The notes under the pieces were generated by a model. That model was given only the letters and a program-made list of their open reading frames with translations, was not told where the DNA came from and ran no database searches. A stretch of 53,482 nucleotides of DNA, taken from assembly GCA_964434055.1 (NCBI GenBank), contig CAYSSY010000002.1, positions 16,076 through 69,557 of the forward strand. Direction: 5' to 3'. This document shows positions 47,349-53,482 of the stretch, piece by piece. The position numbers were made by a program, and so were the translations under genes. Every line of letters begins with the position of its first letter. Position 1 is the stretch's first letter. This stretch comes from an uncultured Gammaproteobacteria bacterium. GTDB lineage: Bacteria; Patescibacteriota; Patescibacteriia; UBA2196; CAYSSY01.

Positions 47349-48464
47349 TTAATCAATTTTAGAAAATTTTGAAATATTTATAATTAAGCCAATGGCGGCC
47401 ATTGAAATAAACAACGCCGTACCGCCATAACTAATTAAAGGCAAAGGCAAGCCGGTTAATGGTAACAAACCAATCATCGCGCCAATATTGATAAAAGCTT
47501 GCCCGCCAAACCAAACCATAATACCACTAACTACCAAACGACTGAATTCATCTGGCGCTGCCCGAGCGATTCGCATACCCCGATAAAAAAAATAACCAAA
47601 GACACCAATAAAAAACAAAGTTCCTAAAAAACCAAGCTCTTCTGCCATAATCGCAAAAATTGAATCTCCATAAACCTCGGGAAGATATTCATATTTCTGA
47701 CGAGAGCGACCAAAACCTAACCCTAGCCACCCGCCAGAACCAATCGCCAAAAGCGCTTGGGTTATATGATAACCTTTACCTTGGGGATCCAACGAAGGAT
47801 TACGAAATATTAACAGTCTATTCAAACGATAAGGAGCAATTTTTATTAAAGCAAAAATGCCAGCCAATCCCATCAATATTAAACTTAAAAGGTAATGCCA
47901 TTTGGCCCCGCCCAATAAATACATCCCGAAAGCAATCAATGCAACAACGGTCATAGTCCCTACATCAGGCTGTAGTGCGATCAGTATCAAAATTAAAATA
48001 ATAATTATTAAAAAAGGTAAAAAACCATGAACAAGATTTGTCGTTCTTTCTTTTTTTTCTACTAACCAAGCAGCAAGATAAATAATCAAACTCAATTTAA
48101 CAATTTCAGATGGCTGAAACGTATAATTACTTACTTTAATCCAACTGTGGGCATGTGTGCCTGATTTAAAACCAATACCAGGAACAAAAACCAAAATCAA
48201 CAGACAAACAGTTAATAAAAAAAATAAACTTGCCCGTCGGCGCCAAAAATTATAATTAATTCTGGAAAAAATAAACAAAAGAACTAAACCTGGTAAAAAA
48301 CCATATAATATTTGATGGGTCAAATAATAATAACTCGAGCCTTTTCTTTCAAAACCAACAACTGACGACGCAGAGGATAAAATTATTAAACCAAAAACAA
48401 TAAAAACAATAGAAACTGTCAAAAATTTGTAATCAATTTGTCCGTTTTTTTTATTTAACTTCAT
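47349..48464 (-). CDS. ftsW: Cell division SEDS protein FtsW
   Basis: FQPSEIVK, QPDVG, GYHITQALLAIGSGG, YLPEVYGDSIF, TGLPLPLISYGG; in mraY-murD-ftsW order. Confidence 0.92.
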   Translation of the reverse strand: MKLNKKNGQIDYKFLTVSIVFIVFGLIILSSASSVVGFERKGSSYYYLTHQILYGFLPGLVLLFIFSRINYNFWRRRASLFFLLTVCLLILVFVPGIGFKSGTHAHSWIKVSNYTFQPSEIVKLSLIIYLAAWLVEKKERTTNLVHGFLPFLIIIILILILIALQPDVGTMTVVALIAFGMYLLGGAKWHYLLSLILMGLAGIFALIKIAPYRLNRLLIFRNPSLDPQGKGYHITQALLAIGSGGWLGLGFGRSRQKYEYLPEVYGDSIFAIMAEELGFLGTLFFIGVFGYFFYRGMRIARAAPDEFSRLVVSGIMVWFGGQAFINIGAMIGLLPLTGLPLPLISYGGTALFISMAAIGLIINISKFSKID

Positions 48465-49863
48465 TATTGTTTTGTTTCATATTATTAACGGCATTTTTAA
48501 ACTGTTCACCTCGATCACGATAGTTTTTAAAAATTCCAAAAGAAGCACAAGCTGGCGAAAGTAAAACACTTTCTCCGGCTTGAGCAAGCTCAGAAGCTAA
48601 GGTAACGGCTGCAGACATATCCACGACCTGATTAAAATGTTGACCGCTTTTTTCCATTAAAGCAGCAATTCTTGACGACGCAGCACCGGGCAATAAAACT
48701 ACCCCCGTTATATCATCAAGCTTCAATCTCTCTACCAAGGCAGTAAAATCAGAATTTTTTTCCGAACCGCCGAGAATAATAACTTTTCGGTTAGTTAAAC
48801 CATTTAACGATAAAATTGTCGCTGTCGGTACTGTAGCGGCTGAATCATTATAATAACTAACGTCTTTAACAGAACCAACATCTTCTAAATGATGAGGAAG
48901 TCCTGAAAAACTTTTAATTATCTTGATTATTGCTTCCATGCCCGCACCAGCTAAATAACTAGTAATACTAGCAGCGCAGACATTTTCCCAATTATGACGT
49001 CCGAGTAGCGGAATCTCGCTAATTTTTGCTAACAAAAATTCGCCTGCAGGAACTTTAATTTTTATTTGATCCTGATCAATAAAAGCTCCCCGCCCAACTC
49101 TTTCTAGTCCCGAAAAATAATAAACCTGGGCTTGCGATTCTTGAGCTAATTGTTTAGTTAATTTATTAGAAAAATTAGTAATCGTAAAATTTTGTCGGTT
49201 TTGATACTTAATAATGTTTTTTTTAGCATTAATATATTCAGCAAAATTCTTATGGAAATTTGGATTTTTGGGATCTGCCGCTTTTAAATGTTCCTCAAAA
49301 ATGTTAGTAACCACGGCAATTTGTGGACTCTTTTCAAAATCTTCAAGTTGAAAACTGGAAAGTTCTAAAACAATTAATGATGTCGTAGAAAGCTGATTTA
49401 AAAAATCAAAAGGAGCTATGCCAATATTGCCACCTAAGTAAACATCCTTACCAGCTTCTTTCAATATTTGAAAAATTAGCGTCGCCGTAGTTCCCTTTCC
49501 TTTTGAACCAGTCACACCGATTATCTTTCCTGGGCACAGATCAAAAAAAAGACGCATCGCCGAACTAATAATTACTCCAGACTCTTTAGCTTCTTTAAGT
49601 TCCTCGAGATGAAGCGGCACGCCGGGAGAACGAAATAAAATTTGGTATTGATTTAAATCAGCTAAATAATCAACACCACTAACTAAATTCACTTTTTTTA
49701 TTTTATTAAGACTCTCTAACCTATCACTAATACTATCCTTATCACGCTCTAAAATAGTTATCTCTTCTAATCCCTGATTCAATAAAAATCTGGCTAAGGA
49801 GACATTTTCAATCCCTAAGCCCAAAAAAGCAATTTTTTTATCTTTAAAATAATTAAGGTTCAT
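48451..49863 (-). CDS. murD: UDP-N-acetylmuramoyl-L-alanine--D-glutamate ligase
   Basis: FRSPGV, GVTGSKGKGTT, GGNIG, ELSSFQL, YYNDSAAT, LSPACASF..NYRDRG. Confidence 0.95.
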   Translation of the reverse strand: MNLNYFKDKKIAFLGLGIENVSLARFLLNQGLEEITILERDKDSISDRLESLNKIKKVNLVSGVDYLADLNQYQILFRSPGVPLHLEELKEAKESGVIISSAMRLFFDLCPGKIIGVTGSKGKGTTATLIFQILKEAGKDVYLGGNIGIAPFDFLNQLSTTSLIVLELSSFQLEDFEKSPQIAVVTNIFEEHLKAADPKNPNFHKNFAEYINAKKNIIKYQNRQNFTITNFSNKLTKQLAQESQAQVYYFSGLERVGRGAFIDQDQIKIKVPAGEFLLAKISEIPLLGRHNWENVCAASITSYLAGAGMEAIIKIIKSFSGLPHHLEDVGSVKDVSYYNDSAATVPTATILSLNGLTNRKVIILGGSEKNSDFTALVERLKLDDITGVVLLPGAASSRIAALMEKSGQHFNQVVDMSAAVTLASELAQAGESVLLSPACASFGIFKNYRDRGEQFKNAVNNMKQNNNEVK

Positions 49864-49939
49864 AACTTATAGTAGACAAATACCGAGAACCAATAAACAA
49901 AATTAATTTTTATAATTAAATAATCAGTTTTTGAATTTT

Positions 49940-50983
49940 TTAAAGCCCTTTATCGACCAAATAAATGACAAAGCCAACGACTGCGGTTACTCCAGAGATA
50001 ACCCAGAAGCGCATAACAATCTTTGTTTCTGGCCAGCCAATCGCCTGAAAATGATGATGAATCGGCGCAGACAAAAAAACTTTTTTTCCGTGACGTAGTT
50101 TCTTAGACAAAACTTGAATAATAACTGAGAGTGATTCGATCAAAAATAAAAGACCGATAATCGGCAACAATAATGCCGTGTTGGTCAGCATGGCTACCAC
50201 ACCTAAGGTCACTCCTAATGACATGGCACCGGTATCACCCATAAAAAAACGCGCTGGATGAATATTAAACCATAAAAAAGCCAGAAGCGCTCCAATGATT
50301 ACTCCGCAAAACGCTGCCAAATTGTAACGACCTTGAACAAAAGCAATGGCTGCTAAAGCTGAAAAAGAAGCTAGTAAGGTTCCGCCCGCTAAGCCGTCTA
50401 ACCCATCGATCTCATTGACACTAAAAGCTGTCGCCACTATAACAAACAAAAAAACCGGCACATACCACCAGCCAATATTAATCATGCCTAAAAAAGGAAT
50501 ATATAAGGAATTCCAATCTAATTTAAAATAAAACCACCAAGCGCCTATCAAAGCAATCAGTGTATAAACCAAAAGACGGTGTTTAACTTTAAGACCACCC
50601 TTGCCTAAACTACGAATATCAATTACATCGTCAAATAAACCAACTAAAGCTGACGCAACAAGCACGCCTAATGGCAATAATGTTTCCTGACGATTTAAAA
50701 TGTTTAATTTACTAAAAAAGCCATTTGGCCAAATAAGGTCAAATAGATAGACAACACCGATCAAAATCAAAGCCGTGACCCAGATTAATACTCCGCCCAT
50801 AGTGGGCGTACCAGCTTTTTCTTGATGCAAAGCGGTAAAAATTGGGGTATTGCCATTACTTCGGATTTGCTTACCTAACTTATATTTATATAGATAATGA
50901 GTCAGAACGGGTGTCCAAGACATGGCAATTACAAAAGACAGCGTTGTTAAAATAAAAATTTTTGTTATAACAAAGCTTTCCAT
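49940..50983 (-). CDS. mraY: Phospho-N-acetylmuramoyl-pentapeptide transferase
   Basis: KAGTPTMGG, GLFDD, NEIDGLDGL, FMGDTG, APIHHHF. Confidence 0.96.
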   Translation of the reverse strand: MESFVITKIFILTTLSFVIAMSWTPVLTHYLYKYKLGKQIRSNGNTPIFTALHQEKAGTPTMGGVLIWVTALILIGVVYLFDLIWPNGFFSKLNILNRQETLLPLGVLVASALVGLFDDVIDIRSLGKGGLKVKHRLLVYTLIALIGAWWFYFKLDWNSLYIPFLGMINIGWWYVPVFLFVIVATAFSVNEIDGLDGLAGGTLLASFSALAAIAFVQGRYNLAAFCGVIIGALLAFLWFNIHPARFFMGDTGAMSLGVTLGVVAMLTNTALLLPIIGLLFLIESLSVIIQVLSKKLRHGKKVFLSAPIHHHFQAIGWPETKIVMRFWVISGVTAVVGFVIYLVDKGL

Positions 50984-51008
50984 ATTTTTTTACTTAATAA
51001 TAAAGAAA

Positions 51009-51380
51009 TCAAAAACCATTTAATAAAATTAACAAATAAGAACCGACAAAAATAATTATTGAAATCGAACTAGTTGCAGTCATTAAGAAATAACTCAAAA
51101 GACGTGTCTGTCTATATAAAACCTTGGCTAAAAAAATATTAATCAACGCACATAAAAGACTAACTAAGGGCAGATAAAAAACTCGCCACCACTCTCCAAC
51201 CATATCAACGCCGAAATATAAGTTATAATGTAGAGCTAAAAAGTCTGTCGTTGGTTGAACACGCCAATAAAGAAAAAACCAACCTAAAAAATTAAAAGTT
51301 AAAGTCAGTCCGAGATTAATAAAAACTATTTTATCTCTTAAAAATAGCGATTTCCTTAAAGTGGGAAAAAATATTAGCAT
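51009..51380 (-). CDS. Small membrane protein (three TM segments)
   Basis: Hydrophobic profile; LHYNLYFGVD loop. Confidence 0.7.
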   Translation of the reverse strand: MLIFFPTLRKSLFLRDKIVFINLGLTLTFNFLGWFFLYWRVQPTTDFLALHYNLYFGVDMVGEWWRVFYLPLVSLLCALINIFLAKVLYRQTRLLSYFLMTATSSISIIIFVGSYLLILLNGF

Positions 51381-51621
51381 AATTGCACTAAATAATAAAT
51401 GAGCACAAAAATAAATTGGATTAGCTAAACTGGTTCTTTAAGCCAGTTATAAACTTTTATTTTTATTTTTGGCCTTTAATATTAAAAATATACCATTTTT
51501 TTGGTTAAAAAATCAAACAAAAGTAACTAATACACAAAAATTGCTATTTTATTTATTAAAATTAAATTTTGTGTTATAATATAAAGGACAATCAAACGGA
51601 TAACTGAAAACAAAAATTACT

Positions 51622-53358
51622 ATGCTCGACAATAAATTAACTGAAAAAATTATTCTTGCGGCCAATTTGGTGAGTCCCGAAGATTTAAAAACATCACGCG
51701 AAGAAGCAAAAAAAAGCAAACTCGACCTTGAGCAATACTTAATTGACCACAAACTCATGGGTGAAGAAATTTTTTGGAATCAGGTCGCTTTATATAATAA
51801 ATTACCCTTTGTTAACTTAAAAGATAAAACAATACGCAAAGATATTTTAGAAATTATTCCCGAACCGATTGCTCAAACTCATCAAATTGTTGCTTTTGAT
51901 AAAATAAATAATGAATTAAAAATTGCCACTATCAATCCGCTAGATATCCAAACGTTTGAATTCATTCATAAAAAAACCGGCTTAGAGATAAAAATTTACT
52001 TAACAACTCCGTCATCTTTAAAAGAAATCCTAAAACAATATCACACTAGTTTAAAGGCTGAAGTGGAAACGCTTGCTGAAGGTCAAAAAAAAATTGGTCA
52101 AAACATTGATGACCAAAAAAAATTAGAGGAAATTGCTTCTGATTTGCCAGTTATAAAAATAGTCGATACTTTGCTTGATTATGCAATTTTTGAAAATGCT
52201 TCCGATATTCATATTGAACCTGAAGAAAAAGAAGTGGTTGTTCGTTACCGTATAGACGGAATTCTGCGTGAGGTAATGACTCTACCTAAAAAGATAAACT
52301 CTGGCATAGTAGCACGTATTAAAATTTTATCTAATTTAAAACTTGACGAGCATCGCTTACCTCAAGACGGTCGCTTTAAGATAGCCACTCAAGAATATAA
52401 AATATCTTTTCGTGTGTCCATTATTCCTGTTTTTGATGGTGAAAAAATTGTCATGCGTTTATTAAATGAATCAGACAAAATTCTTACTCTGGAACAACTT
52501 GGTTTTACTAATGATGCTTTAGTCAAAGTAGTCAATAATATCAAAAAACCGCATGGCATGATACTGGTCACCGGACCAACCGGCTCTGGTAAAACAACAA
52601 CACTCTATACAGTCCTTAACCTACTTAATAAACCAGGAGTAAATATTACTACTATTGAAGATCCGATTGAATATCACATGAGCGGCGTTAATCAATCTCA
52701 GGTTAATCCAAGAATCGGCTATACTTTTGCTTCTGGGTTACGTGCTTTTTTAAGGCAGGACCCGGATATTATTATGGTTGGAGAAATACGTGATATGGAA
52801 ACCGCCGACATTGCGATTAATGCCGCTATGACCGGCCACTTAGTACTCTCGACTCTGCACACCAACGATGCGGCGACGGCCTTGCCTAGGTTGCAGGATA
52901 TGAATATTCCTTCCTTTTTGATTGCCTCAACGACAAACATTATCATCGCCCAAAGACTAGTTAGAAAGATATGTCAGAACTGTAAAACAAGCTATAAACT
53001 CGACAAAAAAACATTAGCCGAGTTGAAAAACCAATTTAATTTTGAAAAAAATCTTGAGGTTCTTAGAACTAAAGGTTATTTTAAGGAAAAAACCACTGAG
53101 CTTAACAATCTCAATTTTTATCACGGAGCCGGCTGTAAACAATGTTCTCAACAGGGTTACAAAGGAAGAATTGGTATTTACGAAGTCTTACCAATAACAA
53201 CGGAAATTGCTGAATTAATAATGAATAAAGCGACCGCTGACGAAATTGGTCAAAAAGCTATGTCTCAAGGTATGTTGACCATATTACAGGATGGAATTCT
53301 AAAAACACTCCAGGGAATCACAACTTTAGAAGAAGTTATTCGGGTCACTAAAGAATAA
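51622..53358 (+). CDS. pilB: Type IV pilus assembly ATPase, PilB/GspE family
   Basis: N-terminal MshEN/GSPII_E_N-like region; SDIHIEP, RLPQDGR, GPTGSGKTTT, TIEDPIE, LRQDPDIIMVGEIRD, STLHTN, CxxC...CxxC. Confidence 0.9.
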   Translation: MLDNKLTEKIILAANLVSPEDLKTSREEAKKSKLDLEQYLIDHKLMGEEIFWNQVALYNKLPFVNLKDKTIRKDILEIIPEPIAQTHQIVAFDKINNELKIATINPLDIQTFEFIHKKTGLEIKIYLTTPSSLKEILKQYHTSLKAEVETLAEGQKKIGQNIDDQKKLEEIASDLPVIKIVDTLLDYAIFENASDIHIEPEEKEVVVRYRIDGILREVMTLPKKINSGIVARIKILSNLKLDEHRLPQDGRFKIATQEYKISFRVSIIPVFDGEKIVMRLLNESDKILTLEQLGFTNDALVKVVNNIKKPHGMILVTGPTGSGKTTTLYTVLNLLNKPGVNITTIEDPIEYHMSGVNQSQVNPRIGYTFASGLRAFLRQDPDIIMVGEIRDMETADIAINAAMTGHLVLSTLHTNDAATALPRLQDMNIPSFLIASTTNIIIAQRLVRKICQNCKTSYKLDKKTLAELKNQFNFEKNLEVLRTKGYFKEKTTELNNLNFYHGAGCKQCSQQGYKGRIGIYEVLPITTEIAELIMNKATADEIGQKAMSQGMLTILQDGILKTLQGITTLEEVIRVTKE

Positions 53359-53375
53359 TTCTAAAGTAAAAAACC

Positions 53376-53482
53376 ATGCTCAATACCACGAACCAAGAAC
53401 AGCCGGCTGATATGAAAATTAAGAAAAAAAATAATTTCAGCCCAAAAAAATTCTGGCAAAAAATACAACCAATATCAATTAG
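53376..53482 (+). CDS. 5' end of a downstream ORF (partial; possibly PilC by context)
   Basis: ATG at 53376, open to the window end (MLNTTNQEQPADMKIKKK...). Identity is inferred only from its position after pilB. Confidence 0.35.
   Translation, partial: MLNTTNQEQPADMKIKKKNNFSPKKFWQKIQPISI

Overview
AT-rich bacterial chromosome segment read with the standard genetic code. The gene set and style point to Patescibacteria/CPR, probably Parcubacteria-like; this is inferred from protein families, reduced operons and short in-frame repeats, not from a marker search. Housekeeping genes are rpmE, prfA, prmC, rplY, rpsI, serS, lysS, holB, rodA, ftsW, murD, mraY, murJ, ahcY, acyP, pgeF and rnpB. Envelope and glycan genes are abundant: two GT4, a GT28-like protein, a WcaJ-like phosphoglycosyl transferase, a processive GT2, two GT-C-like membrane proteins, a GalE-like epimerase, an RmlC-like epimerase and a nucleotide-sugar dehydrogenase. 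A surface cluster at 32.5-40.3 kb holds a five-repeat DUF11-like protein with an APRTG sorting signal, a sortase, an FG-GAP L,D-transpeptidase and a LamG/S-layer-like protein. A PilB-type ATPase lies at the right end. I found no CRISPR array, transposase, integrase, reverse transcriptase, rRNA or tRNA. The strongest unexplained signal is the ~1.07 kb ORF-free gap at 31475-32545. It holds two tandem, promoter-driven, highly folded minus-strand RNA candidates and an attenuator-like leader for the adhesin gene that shares a purine motif with them. Other points of interest are a structurally reduced RNase P RNA, GC-rich palindromes inserted in frame in proteins, and a set of small orphan genes with strong Shine-Dalgarno (SD) sites placed between mostly SD-less core genes.
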